From positions 22,483 through 86,482 of the forward strand of contig CALVOP010000003.1 of assembly GCA_944350345.1 (NCBI GenBank): 64,000 nt of DNA, in the 5' to 3' direction. This document shows positions 53,906 to 64,000 of this stretch, piece by piece (positions within the stretch are counted from its first letter, which is position 1; every line of letters begins with the position of its first letter). Below the pieces are notes generated by a model. That model ran no database searches. It was given only the letters and a program-made list of their open reading frames with translations, and was not told the origin of the DNA. Source of the stretch: an uncultured Bacilli bacterium (GTDB lineage: Bacteria; Bacillota_I; Bacilli_A; RF39; UBA660). The position numbers and the translations under genes were made by a program.

Positions 53906-55660
53906 ATGGAAAATAGTTGGAATTTAAGTAAAATTATTAAAAATAATAAAGAATTTGATAAATTAATTAGTGAATGCGAATCATTAATTAATAAACTTAT
54001 TAGTTATAAAGGGAAGATTACTAAAAATAGTAAAACTTTATATGAATTTTTAAAATTAGAAGAAACACTTAATAGAAAATATGAAAAATTGTATGTTTAT
54101 TCTTATTTAAACTACTATAGTGATATGACTAATGATAAGTTTAAAAATTTGACTTTAAAAGTTAATAATTTGGGAGAAAAGATTTCTGATAATTTGTCCT
54201 TTATTTTACCTGAAATGATGGAATGTGACTATAAGACTATTAAAAACTATATTAAAGAAAATGACTTGTTAAGTGAATATGCTTTTTCACTTGAACAAAC
54301 TTATAGATACAAGTCTCATACTTTGAGTAAGGCTGAAGAAAAGATTGTTGCTAATGCTACTAATGCAATGGGGCTATGTGATGAAGCATATTCTGCTCTT
54401 AATAATGCTGATGTTAATTTTGAACCAATTAAAGATGAAAAAGGTAAAGTAGTAGAACTTAATCAGTCTAACTATTCAGTATATATTAAAAGCAAGTCTT
54501 CTAAAGTTAGAAAGAGTGCTTTTATGAGTATGCATAATTTTTATAAAGAACATATTAATACAATATCTAATTTATATCTAGGTGATATAAAAGAGCATTA
54601 TTTTGTATCAAATGTTAAGAAGTTTAATAGTCCTTTAGAAAAAAGTTTATTTTCAGATAAAATAAAACCTGAACTATATGATTTATTAATAAAAGTAGTT
54701 AATGAAAATTTGCCTTTATTACATAGATATATAGCTTTAAAGAAAAAGATGCTTAAATCTAAAGATTTTCATATATATGATGTGTACATTGAACCTTTAA
54801 AAGTTAAAAATAAAAAAGTTAGTTATGATAAGTGCTTAGAAATGATTTATGATGCTTTGGTACCTCTTGGAAAAACATATATTACTGACTTAAAAAAAGG
54901 TATAGCAAGTGGTTGGGTAGATGTTTATCCTAAAAAAGGTAAAAGAAGTGGTGCTTATTCGTGGGGTAGTTATGATACATTGCCTTATTTAAGCATTAAT
55001 TATGAAAATGATTATAGTAGTGTAGATACTTTAATTCATGAACTAGGACATTCTATGCATTCATATTATTCAAATAAGTGTAATAATTATAGTGATGCAA
55101 GTTATCCAATATTTCTTGCAGAAATTGCATCAACTGTTAATGAAATGCTTTTAACTAAATATATGCTTAATAATACAAAAGATAAAAATGAAATAAAAAA
55201 ATATGTTTTTGAATTACTTGAAAGTATAAGAACTACAATATTTAGACAAACTATGTTTGCTGAATTTGAACGAGACATTTATGATAAATATAATAATGGT
55301 ATTAGTATAACTAGTGAGGAGTTAAATAGTACTTATTATAATTTAAATAAAAAATATTTTGGCGAAAACATTATAATTGATGAAGAAATAAAATATGAAT
55401 GGGCAAGAATCCCACATTTTTATACACCTTTTTATGTATATAAATACGCGACTGGTTTAATTGTTTCATTAATTATAAGTGATAAACTTATTAAAGAAGA
55501 AGGTTTTAAAGAAAAGTATATTAAATTTTTAAGTAGTGGTGGAAGTGATTATCCGCTTAATATTCTTAAAAAATTAGGAATTGATATTACTAAGAAAGAA
55601 ACTTTAGAAAGTGCATTTAAAATATTTGAAGAGTACTTGAATATTTTAGAAAAGGAGTAA
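53906..55660 (+). CDS. pepF: Oligoendopeptidase F
   Basis: GKRSGAYS, HELGHSMHS, AEIAST, RIPHFY, YKYATG. Confidence 0.93.
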   Translation: MENSWNLSKIIKNNKEFDKLISECESLINKLISYKGKITKNSKTLYEFLKLEETLNRKYEKLYVYSYLNYYSDMTNDKFKNLTLKVNNLGEKISDNLSFILPEMMECDYKTIKNYIKENDLLSEYAFSLEQTYRYKSHTLSKAEEKIVANATNAMGLCDEAYSALNNADVNFEPIKDEKGKVVELNQSNYSVYIKSKSSKVRKSAFMSMHNFYKEHINTISNLYLGDIKEHYFVSNVKKFNSPLEKSLFSDKIKPELYDLLIKVVNENLPLLHRYIALKKKMLKSKDFHIYDVYIEPLKVKNKKVSYDKCLEMIYDALVPLGKTYITDLKKGIASGWVDVYPKKGKRSGAYSWGSYDTLPYLSINYENDYSSVDTLIHELGHSMHSYYSNKCNNYSDASYPIFLAEIASTVNEMLLTKYMLNNTKDKNEIKKYVFELLESIRTTIFRQTMFAEFERDIYDKYNNGISITSEELNSTYYNLNKKYFGENIIIDEEIKYEWARIPHFYTPFYVYKYATGLIVSLIISDKLIKEEGFKEKYIKFLSSGGSDYPLNILKKLGIDITKKETLESAFKIFEEYLNILEKE

Positions 55661-55663
55661 TAA

Positions 55664-56791
55664 ATGAAGAAAGACTATTATGAGGTTTTAGGTGTTTCTA
55701 AGAATGCAACAGATGATGAGATTAAAAGTGCATTTAGAAAACTAGCAAAAAAGTATCATCCAGATGTAAGTAAAGAAGAAAATGCTGCTGAAAAGTTTAA
55801 AGAAGCACAAGAAGCTTATGCTGTTTTAAGTGATAAAGAAAAAAGGCGTCAATATGATCAATTTGGTCATTCTGCATTTAATAATAATGCTGGTGGTGCT
55901 GGAGGATTCTCTGGTGGATTTGATTTTAGTGATTTTAATTTTGATGATATATTGAACGAAGTGTTCGGTGGCGGTTTTTCATCATTTGGCTTTGGTGGCT
56001 TTGGTAATAAGAAAAGTAAAACTAGAGCTAGAAAAGGCGATGACTTAGTATATAGAATGAACATTACTTTTGAAGAAGCTGCATTTGGTACAAATAAAGA
56101 TATTACTATAGATGTAACTGAAAACTGTAAAAACTGTGATGGTGTAGGTGGCCATGGTGTTAAAACTTGTCCTGTATGTAATGGTGCAGGTGTAGTTGTT
56201 GAACAAACTAGAACAATTTTAGGTGTTATTAATTCTAAAACTACTTGTTCTAATTGTTCTGGAACTGGTAAAGTTTATGAAACTATTTGTGATGAGTGCC
56301 GTGGTAAAGGAAAGGTTAGAAAGAGAAAAACTATTTCTGTTAAAGTTCCTGCCGGAATTGACACTGGAGAACAAATAAGATTATCTGGTAAAGGTGAAGC
56401 AGGGCACAATGGTGGAGAGAATGGGGACTTATATATTGAATTTAATGTAGAAAGTCATCCATTATATAAAAGAGAAGATAATAATATAATTATAGAAATG
56501 CCTGTAACAATAACTGATTTAATTTTAGGATGTAAAAAGGAAGTTAAAACTTTATACGGGTTAATAGACGTAAAAATTCCTGCTGGTAGTCAAGCGGGAG
56601 ATATTTTGAAGATAAAAGGAAAAGGAATAGAAAGTGTTCATACTGGACGTATGGGAGACTTATTTATAGTTTTAAATCTAGTTTTGCCTAGTAAATTAAC
56701 TAGAGAACAAAGAGAATTACTTGAAAGGTTAGATGAAACTGATTTGGAAAATAGTGATGAATTTAAGAGATTTAATAGATTAAATAAGTAA
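55664..56791 (+). CDS. dnaJ: Chaperone DnaJ
   Basis: HPD motif, G/F region, four CxxCxGxG repeats. Confidence 0.98.
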   Translation: MKKDYYEVLGVSKNATDDEIKSAFRKLAKKYHPDVSKEENAAEKFKEAQEAYAVLSDKEKRRQYDQFGHSAFNNNAGGAGGFSGGFDFSDFNFDDILNEVFGGGFSSFGFGGFGNKKSKTRARKGDDLVYRMNITFEEAAFGTNKDITIDVTENCKNCDGVGGHGVKTCPVCNGAGVVVEQTRTILGVINSKTTCSNCSGTGKVYETICDECRGKGKVRKRKTISVKVPAGIDTGEQIRLSGKGEAGHNGGENGDLYIEFNVESHPLYKREDNNIIIEMPVTITDLILGCKKEVKTLYGLIDVKIPAGSQAGDILKIKGKGIESVHTGRMGDLFIVLNLVLPSKLTREQRELLERLDETDLENSDEFKRFNRLNK

Positions 56792-56875
56792 AAATGTAAA
56801 AAAGTGTAAAATTAAGCAAAAATAAAAAAGAGTTTTGCTTTTTTTATGAGTATATATAATAGTGTAGGAGGTAAA

Positions 56876-58603
56876 ATGGCTCTTATAGATAGTGAAACAG
56901 TAAATAAAATTAGAAAATCTAATGACATAGTTGACGTTATAAGTAGTTATATTGATTTAGTTCCTAAAGGTAAAAATTATTTTGGTGTTTGTCCTTTTCA
57001 TGATGATCATAGTCCTAGTATGTCAGTTAGTAGGGAAAAACAAATTTATAGATGTTTTACTTGTGGAGCGAGTGGTAATGTTCTCACTTTTGTAATGAAC
57101 TATGAAAACATTGGGTTTGTAGATGCTTTAAAAAAACTTGGGGATAAGGTTGGAATACATTTAGATATTAAAAGTAGTCAAAAAAATTCTAAATATAGTG
57201 AATTTTATGATATATATAAGCTTAGTACAAATTTTTACAAAAATAATTTAAATTCTCCACTTGGTGAAGAAGCTAGAAAATATTTGAATAGTAGAAAGAT
57301 TACTGAAGATATGATTAAGACTTTTGATATTGGACTTAGTTTAAATGATTCTTTAAGTAAAATGTTGGTAAAAAAATATGATTCAAAGAAACTTATTGAT
57401 ATCGGTTTGTCTCATGAATATAATGGTAAAATTGCTGACTTGTTTTTAAATAGAATTATGTTTCCAATTAAAGATTTGTTTGGTAATGTAGTCGCCTATA
57501 GTGGAAGAAAATATGATAATAGTGATGCGCCTAAGTATATTAATACTAAGGAAACTGTTATTTTTAAAAAAGGAAATGTTCTTTATAACTATTTTAGTGC
57601 TTTAGAAGAAATAAGACGAAAGAAAGAGATAATTATTTGTGAAGGCTTTATGGAGGTAATTCGTCTTTATTCAATAGGCGTTAAAAATGTTGTGGCTTTA
57701 ATGGGGACAAGCTTTACTAATGATCAGTTAGAAGTTATTAAAAAACTAAATGTAAATGTAGTTCTTAATTTGGATAATGATGATCCTGGTAAACTCGCTG
57801 CATTTCAAATTGGTGAGACGTTATCTAAAAATGGTATTAACCCGTCTGTAATAGTTTTTGATAGATATAAAGATACTGACGAACTTATAATGAATGATGG
57901 AGCGGATGCTTTTCACAAAGCTTATAATAATAGAGTAAATTATATTGATTATAGACTTCATTATTTAAAAAGTAATAAAAACTTGAATGATTCAGTTGAA
58001 CTTGCTAAATATATAAACGAAGCAATACTTTCTATTAATGAAATAGATGATGATATTTTAAAAGAGATAAAAGCTAAAGAGTTATCTAGTGAATTTGATA
58101 TTAGTCTAGAAACTATTAAATCTAAGCTTACAACTAAAGAAGTAAAACCTAAAGAAATCGCTAAACCTAAAAAGATTATTTTAAATGATAAATATAGAAA
58201 AAGTGAAATTAGAATAATATATTTAATGCTTAATAATAAAGAAGTTATTAGAAAATATGAAAAGAATCTTGGATTTTTACCCAATGATGATATGAAAAAA
58301 CTTGCAAACGAAGTCGTTTATTTTAAAGAGATCAATGGTGGCTGGGATTATGCTGATTTTATTACATATGTTATGAATAAGCCTTGGCTTAAAGAAAGCC
58401 TTGATATTGTATTAAATACTGAACAAAGTGAAGAATATTCTAAAGAAGAACTTGAAGACTATTTTACAACTATTAAAAAGTTTGAAGTGGAAAAACAAAT
58501 AAATAAATTAACTAATAAGATGAAAGAAACATTAGATATTGAGGAAAAGATTAAAATTGCTAAAAGAATAGAAAATATAAAAAAGGATGTGTTAGAATGG
58601 TAA
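56876..58603 (+). CDS. dnaG: DNA primase
   Basis: [29 protein letters not shown] motif. Confidence 0.96.
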   Translation: MALIDSETVNKIRKSNDIVDVISSYIDLVPKGKNYFGVCPFHDDHSPSMSVSREKQIYRCFTCGASGNVLTFVMNYENIGFVDALKKLGDKVGIHLDIKSSQKNSKYSEFYDIYKLSTNFYKNNLNSPLGEEARKYLNSRKITEDMIKTFDIGLSLNDSLSKMLVKKYDSKKLIDIGLSHEYNGKIADLFLNRIMFPIKDLFGNVVAYSGRKYDNSDAPKYINTKETVIFKKGNVLYNYFSALEEIRRKKEIIICEGFMEVIRLYSIGVKNVVALMGTSFTNDQLEVIKKLNVNVVLNLDNDDPGKLAAFQIGETLSKNGINPSVIVFDRYKDTDELIMNDGADAFHKAYNNRVNYIDYRLHYLKSNKNLNDSVELAKYINEAILSINEIDDDILKEIKAKELSSEFDISLETIKSKLTTKEVKPKEIAKPKKIILNDKYRKSEIRIIYLMLNNKEVIRKYEKNLGFLPNDDMKKLANEVVYFKEINGGWDYADFITYVMNKPWLKESLDIVLNTEQSEEYSKEELEDYFTTIKKFEVEKQINKLTNKMKETLDIEEKIKIAKRIENIKKDVLEW

Positions 58604-59685
58604 ATAATATTAAAACTTTTGAGGAAAGAGTACAAGAATTAGTAAAAGATGGTAAAGAAAATGGATTTTTAACTTATGAACAAATCGCTAAAAAAACTAT
58701 TGATTTGGATTTAGATAGTAACTCGCTTGATGAGTTATACAATACCCTTACTGAAAATCAAATTGAAGTTAGAGCTGAAGATGAAGAAGAAGCAATTAAT
58801 TTAGAAGAAGAAAATTTGGAAATTGTTGATATTCCTAATGAATCAAAAGATATGAGTGTTAATGATAATGTTAGGATGTATCTTAAAGAAATAGGTAAAA
58901 TTAGTTTGCTTAATTTGGAAGAAGAACAAAAGTTAAGTAAAAGAGTTGCTGAAGGTGATGAAGAAGCTAAAAGATTGCTTGCTGAATCTAACTTGAGGCT
59001 TGTCGTAAGTATTGCAAAAAGGTATGTTGGGCGTGGACTTTTGTTTCTTGACTTGATTCAAGAAGGTAATATTGGTCTTATGAAAGCGGTTGAAAAGTTT
59101 GATTACGATAAAGGTTATAAGTTTAGTACTTATGCTACTTGGTGGATTAGACAAGCTATTACTCGTGCTTTAGCAGATCAAGCTAGGACTATAAGAGTTC
59201 CTGTACATATGGTTGAAACTATTAATAAAATGGCAAGAATTGAAAGACAAATGACTCTTGAACTTAATAGGGAACCAAGTGATGAAGAACTTGCTAAAAA
59301 AATGGGACTTAGTGTAGATAAGATTGTTGAAATTAAAAAGATAAGCCAAGATCCTGTTTCACTTGAAACTCCTATTGGTGAAGAAGATGATTCTCATTTG
59401 GGAGACTTTTTAGCAGATGAAAGAACTATGAGTCCTGAAGAATATGCGACTTATGAGATTTTGAAAGATGAATTAAGGGATGTTCTTAAAACTCTTACTA
59501 AAAGAGAAGAAGAGGTGCTAGAACTTAGATTTGGGCTTCTTGATGGCTCTTGTCATACTTTGGAAGAAGTTGGTAAAAAGTTTGGCGTTACTCGTGAAAG
59601 AATTAGACAAATTGAAGCAAAAGCGCTTAGAAAACTTAGACATCCATCACGTGCGAAAAGATTAAAGGATTTTTTGATTGACTAG
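58597..59685 (+). CDS. rpoD: Primary sigma factor SigA/RpoD
   Basis: [38 protein letters not shown]. Confidence 0.98.
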   Translation: MVNNIKTFEERVQELVKDGKENGFLTYEQIAKKTIDLDLDSNSLDELYNTLTENQIEVRAEDEEEAINLEEENLEIVDIPNESKDMSVNDNVRMYLKEIGKISLLNLEEEQKLSKRVAEGDEEAKRLLAESNLRLVVSIAKRYVGRGLLFLDLIQEGNIGLMKAVEKFDYDKGYKFSTYATWWIRQAITRALADQARTIRVPVHMVETINKMARIERQMTLELNREPSDEELAKKMGLSVDKIVEIKKISQDPVSLETPIGEEDDSHLGDFLADERTMSPEEYATYEILKDELRDVLKTLTKREEEVLELRFGLLDGSCHTLEEVGKKFGVTRERIRQIEAKALRKLRHPSRAKRLKDFLID

Positions 59686-60295
59686 ATTAGAAGCAATAAA
59701 TAATAGAATATCTCCAAACGACATTGTTTTAGATGTCGGCTGTGACACTGCATTGTTAGGTGGTTTGCTTGCTAAAAGAGGTATTCATAATTATGCATCA
59801 GACATTAAAGAGAATATTGTTAAAAATGCATACGAAAAAGCTTGCAGTGAGAAAACTGATAAGTACATTACATTTATAGTAAGTGATGGGCTAGATAATG
59901 TAAAATTAGAAGAAATAGATACATTGGTTTTTGCTGGCATGGGAACTTATACTATTCTTAAAATTTTAGATAGAACTGATAAAAAGTTTAAAAAAATTAT
60001 TACTATTTCTAATAATAATCATGATATTTTAAGAATTAATATGAATAATTTGGGTTATTCTATTAAAGAAGAAGAGATAATAAAAGAAAATGGAAAATAT
60101 TATAATTTAATTGAATTTAAAATTGGCAATGCAAAATATACAAGAGAAGAAGTTTTACTTGGTAAAAATCATCAAAATGTTGAACTGTTAATTGAAAAAA
60201 ATAATTATTTATTAACTAAATATAAAGATTTCTATGATAAAAGTGAATCTATTAAAGAATTAGTTGATGTTATAAAAAATTATAAATACAACTAA
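59678..60295 (+). CDS. trmK: tRNA (adenine-22-N1)-methyltransferase
   Basis: RLEAI, DVGCD, SDGL, AGMG; position after rpoD. Confidence 0.85.
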   Translation: MTRLEAINNRISPNDIVLDVGCDTALLGGLLAKRGIHNYASDIKENIVKNAYEKACSEKTDKYITFIVSDGLDNVKLEEIDTLVFAGMGTYTILKILDRTDKKFKKIITISNNNHDILRINMNNLGYSIKEEEIIKENGKYYNLIEFKIGNAKYTREEVLLGKNHQNVELLIEKNNYLLTKYKDFYDKSESIKELVDVIKNYKYN

Positions 60296-60299
60296 TTTT

Positions 60300-60584
60300 T
60301 TATTGAAAAAATGTAAGAGTGTCTAAATCAAAAGAACCTCTAGATTCACCATTCTTTTTAGTTACATAATTTGTTTCAGGTCTTTTAAATTGTTCATTAA
60401 TTCTGTTTTGTTCAATTATTTCTTCTTTTTTAACAGTGTTTAAAGTATTAAAAAAGCCTTTTACATTTGAATATATTGGTTTCACTTGTTTGTATACCGG
60501 TATAGCTTGATTTATAAGTGAAACTCCTTTGCTAACACTACCTATAATTTTTGATATATTTAAACTTGAAAACATAATATTCAC
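60300..60584 (-). CDS. YqfQ/VrrA-like small protein
   Basis: INQAIPVYKQVKPIYSN motif and C-terminal LTFFQ. Confidence 0.55.
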   Translation of the reverse strand: MNIMFSSLNISKIIGSVSKGVSLINQAIPVYKQVKPIYSNVKGFFNTLNTVKKEEIIEQNRINEQFKRPETNYVTKKNGESRGSFDLDTLTFFQ

Positions 60585-60693
60585 CTATAATATTTTATGT
60601 GTTTAATAAAATTAGTTTAATATCATAAAAAAATCTTTTTTAATTTTAAAGGCTATGTTATAATTAAATAGTATAAGAATAGAGGGAGTATAA

Positions 60694-62517
60694 ATGAAAA
60701 AGAGAAACACTAAAGTATTTAAAAATATTTTTAACTTCATCTATAGTATTATAAAAATGTTTTTTATAAGTTTATTTAAAACTTTAAAATTTATATTTTT
60801 GGAAATTGCTTTACTTTTAAAGTATTTTAGTGTAGGCTTGTTTAGATTTTTTGATTTTACTATAACTAAACTTATTTCGTTATTTAGTTATATTGGTTAT
60901 GGCTTACTAATAGTTTGTAAATATACTGGTAAACTTTTATATGTTGTTGGAAAATACTCTTATAAATATTTTTTAAGGTTTATTTGTATTGAAATTTATT
61001 TGTTATTAAAAGCAATTGGTAAAGGGTCAACTTTGACTATTAAGTTTTGCTTTTATGAATTCCCAGTTTATATAGTTGGAAAATTAGCTGATTTTATTGA
61101 GTACTTAAGTAAAAAATTTAAAACTACTTTTGAAAAGACAACTACTTTTTTTAAAGAAATACCGAATAAAATAAAAAGTTATTTTGTTAGAAAATGGAAT
61201 AATTTGGCTATTGTTAAACACTATAGAAATAAAAGAGATAGAGATTTAGAAGTTTTGCTAATTGATAAGTTTGGAAAAGATGCAGAAAGAAGCGAAAAAA
61301 AACAAACTTATCAATATTTGGCCAGGAACTCAAACGGAAAACTTGTAAAAGGATATTTTAGTGCCTTTTCTAAATTAGACACACATTCATATTTACTTGA
61401 TGAAGGCTATGAAGTTTATGAGATTAAGACGAACTGGTTTATTAATTTTGCACATGGCGAGAGTAAATATTTTCAAAAGAATATGCGCAACAAAGATTTG
61501 ATCTTTTGGTTAACTCAATTGTCGACTTATATTAAAAGTGGTATACCTTTGACTGACGCTGTGAAAATACTTGCTCAACAGGATAAAAAGAAGAGATATA
61601 AAAAAGTCTATGATTCTCTTACTTATGAGCTTACTATGGGAGAAAGTTTTAGTGAGGCTTTGAAAAAACAGGGAAGTGTTTTTCCTGGACTATTAATTAA
61701 TATGATAAAAGCGGCAGAACTTACTGGTGAGCTTGAAAACACTTTAGATGAAATGAGTAATTATTATAATGAAAAACAACAAACTAAAGATGCTTTGATA
61801 TCTGCTATGACTTATCCAGCAATTATTTTGGTATTTGCAGTAGTGGCTGTAAGCTTTATTCTTATTGTTATTATTCCTGAATTTGTTGATATATATGATT
61901 CTATTGATGTCAAAATAAGTGGTTTAACATTAATCGTCATAAGTGCGTCTGAATGGTTAAAAGCAAAATATATATATTTAATTTTATTTGTAATTGGAAT
62001 ATCTATTTTGTATAAAGTGCTTTATACTAACGTTAAAGCATTTAAAACGGCAATGCAATATATTTATATGCATTTACCTATAGTTGGTAAGATGATAATT
62101 TATAATGAAATGTCGTTGTTTGCTAAAACGTTTGCCGTTTTAAATAAAAATAATGTTCTTTTAACTGATAGTATAGATTTACTTAGTAAAATAACTAATA
62201 ATGAAATTTATAAAATGATAATGTATGACACAATATCTAATTTGTTACGTGGTGATAAGATGAGTATGTCATTTAAAGATAACTGGGCGGTTCCTGAAAT
62301 AGCATATTATATGATTACTACTGGTGAAAGTACTGGGCAAATTTCAGAAATGTTGGATAAAGTTAGTGATTTTTATAAAGTTCAGGAAATTAATATTTCT
62401 GATAAATTGAAAACGTTTATAGAACCTTTCTTGATAGTTGTTTTAGCAGTTATGGTTGGATTTATATTGATTGCTGTTATTTTGCCAATATTCCAGATGT
62501 ACAATCAGTTATTATAG
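60694..62517 (+). CDS. pilC: Type IV pilus platform protein (PilC/GspF) with a long N-terminal extension
   Basis: QLSTYIKSGIPL, GESFSEAL, AAELTGEL, AMTYP, GESTG, IEP. Confidence 0.85.
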   Translation: MKKRNTKVFKNIFNFIYSIIKMFFISLFKTLKFIFLEIALLLKYFSVGLFRFFDFTITKLISLFSYIGYGLLIVCKYTGKLLYVVGKYSYKYFLRFICIEIYLLLKAIGKGSTLTIKFCFYEFPVYIVGKLADFIEYLSKKFKTTFEKTTTFFKEIPNKIKSYFVRKWNNLAIVKHYRNKRDRDLEVLLIDKFGKDAERSEKKQTYQYLARNSNGKLVKGYFSAFSKLDTHSYLLDEGYEVYEIKTNWFINFAHGESKYFQKNMRNKDLIFWLTQLSTYIKSGIPLTDAVKILAQQDKKKRYKKVYDSLTYELTMGESFSEALKKQGSVFPGLLINMIKAAELTGELENTLDEMSNYYNEKQQTKDALISAMTYPAIILVFAVVAVSFILIVIIPEFVDIYDSIDVKISGLTLIVISASEWLKAKYIYLILFVIGISILYKVLYTNVKAFKTAMQYIYMHLPIVGKMIIYNEMSLFAKTFAVLNKNNVLLTDSIDLLSKITNNEIYKMIMYDTISNLLRGDKMSMSFKDNWAVPEIAYYMITTGESTGQISEMLDKVSDFYKVQEINISDKLKTFIEPFLIVVLAVMVGFILIAVILPIFQMYNQLL

Positions 62518-62525
62518 GGGGATTT

Positions 62526-63260
62526 ATGAAAATTTTGATAGTGATTTTTATAGGAGTTTTAGGAGCAATTTTAGGAAGTTTTTATGCTTGTATGGGTTAT
62601 AGAATTCCTAATAAAATTCCTTTGTCTAAACCAAATAGTTACTGTGAAAGTTGTAAAAAGGAAATTAAATGGTATATGAATATACCTGTTTTTTCTTATC
62701 TGTTTTTACGTGGTAAATGTGCTTATTGTAAGAGTAAAATTGATAGTTTATCTTTTATTGTTGAAGTTTTAACTAGTTTTTTATTTATTGTTTTTTATTT
62801 AAAATATGGATTTTCTATTACTTTTTTTATTTCCTTGGTTCTTATTAGTGTTTTAGGTGTTACTATGGTAAGTGATTTTAAATATTATTATGTGAGTGAT
62901 AGAGTTGTTATTTTAGGTCTGATTAGTTTAATAGTTTTGGTTTATTTTGAAAAGGATTTTATGTTTTATAAAATAATAAGTGGAATTGTTATGTTTTTAT
63001 TGATGTTTTTAATTAAAATAATAGGTGACAAATCTTTTAAAAGGGAAAGTTTAGGTGGTGGAGACGTTAAATTGCTTGGGCTTATTGGTCTTGCTTTGGG
63101 GTTCTATCCAACTCTTATATCTTTAGTTATTTCATGTTCTATGACGTTAGTTTATTATTTTTTAAGTAAGCAGGATGAAAAGGAAATTCCTTTTGGACCT
63201 TTTTTGTTAATTGGGGCATTATTGGTTTTGTATTTTATTCCTAATTTTAATTTTATTTAA
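62526..63260 (+). CDS. pilD: Prepilin peptidase
   Basis: GSF, two CxxC, GGGDVKL, IPFGPFL. Confidence 0.92.
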   Translation: MKILIVIFIGVLGAILGSFYACMGYRIPNKIPLSKPNSYCESCKKEIKWYMNIPVFSYLFLRGKCAYCKSKIDSLSFIVEVLTSFLFIVFYLKYGFSITFFISLVLISVLGVTMVSDFKYYYVSDRVVILGLISLIVLVYFEKDFMFYKIISGIVMFLLMFLIKIIGDKSFKRESLGGGDVKLLGLIGLALGFYPTLISLVISCSMTLVYYFLSKQDEKEIPFGPFLLIGALLVLYFIPNFNFI

Positions 63261-63308
63261 TTTGATAAAGTGTATAAAAAACATTATAATTTGTTATAGG
63301 TGATTACT

Positions 63309-64000
63309 ATGAAATTAAAAGTACTTTTAGTTTTTTTTGCAATTATTTTTGCATCGATTTTTGTTTCAATTTTTATTATATATTATGAAAACAGAAAAAT
63401 GGTTCCAATTTTAACTTATCACTCAGTTGAACTTTTAAGTGATAATGATTTAACAATTGAAGTATCTAAATTTGAACGTCAATTAAAATTGTTAAAGAAA
63501 CTAGGATATAAAACTCTTACTCTTGATCAATTCTTATGCTGGAAAAATGGTAAATGTGATAAACCTAACCGAGCGGTTTTAATAACATTTGATGATGGCT
63601 ACTATAATAATTATAAGTATGCTTTTGAATTATTGAAAAAATATGATTTTAATGCCGTTGTTTTTTATTTAGGTGTAAATTATGACAAAGAAAACACAAA
63701 CTATATGAATATAAAAGATATTTTAAAAATTAAAAACGAATACCCAAATATTGAGTTTGCTTCACATACTTTTAATTTGCATAATCGTGAAATGAAAAAC
63801 TATGAAGTAGTTAAAAGTGATAGTGATAAAATGAAAAGAATTATTGATACTAAGTATATTGCTTATCCTTATGGTGAATATGATTCGGAATATATCCGTG
63901 CGTTAAAAGATAATGGGTATGAAATGGCTTTTACTTTTGGCCCTGGGAAAGAGCATAGAAAAGCTAGATTAACTGATGATAATTATAAAATACCAAGACT
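63309..64000 (+). CDS. Polysaccharide deacetylase (partial, window edge)
   Basis: PILTYH, LITFDDGY, SHT, AYPYG motifs; N-terminal TM. Confidence 0.85.
   Translation, partial: MKLKVLLVFFAIIFASIFVSIFIIYYENRKMVPILTYHSVELLSDNDLTIEVSKFERQLKLLKKLGYKTLTLDQFLCWKNGKCDKPNRAVLITFDDGYYNNYKYAFELLKKYDFNAVVFYLGVNYDKENTNYMNIKDILKIKNEYPNIEFASHTFNLHNREMKNYEVVKSDSDKMKRIIDTKYIAYPYGEYDSEYIRALKDNGYEMAFTFGPGKEHRKARLTDDNYKIPR

Overview
AT-rich chromosomal window from a small-genome, spore-forming member of class Bacilli (RF39/Erysipelotrichales-like; genetic code 11, taxonomy inferred). Mostly housekeeping genes: tyrS with T-box, tmRNA, tRNA-Arg, cdaAR, hup-cca-dnaD-nth, recU-ponA, rpsB-tsf, mraZ-rsmH-ftsL-pbpB, dnaB-dnaI, rpsL-rpsG-fusA-tuf, hrcA-grpE-dnaK-pepF-dnaJ and dnaG-rpoD-trmK. 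Sporulation genes (spoIIIAH, gerE, gerM, ydcC, sirA) and type IV pilus genes are also present. The main discovery is at 43.3-50.4 kb. A pilin gene is followed by a 1533-aa secreted protein carrying two internal GC-rich variable repeats with the codon signature of diversity-generating retroelement (DGR) adenine mutagenesis. After it come a candidate structured RNA, a start-less third copy of the target domain, and a decayed AAC-rich template repeat in the intergenic region. No reverse transcriptase is present in the window. A strand-composition switch occurs right after this locus. Other oddities are an orphan AbiEii-type toxin with two paralogous small ORFs, a motor-less SftA-like protein, RpsB fused to a Rho_N-like domain, and a possibly translational T-box. 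All alignments were done by eye and no database searches were run.
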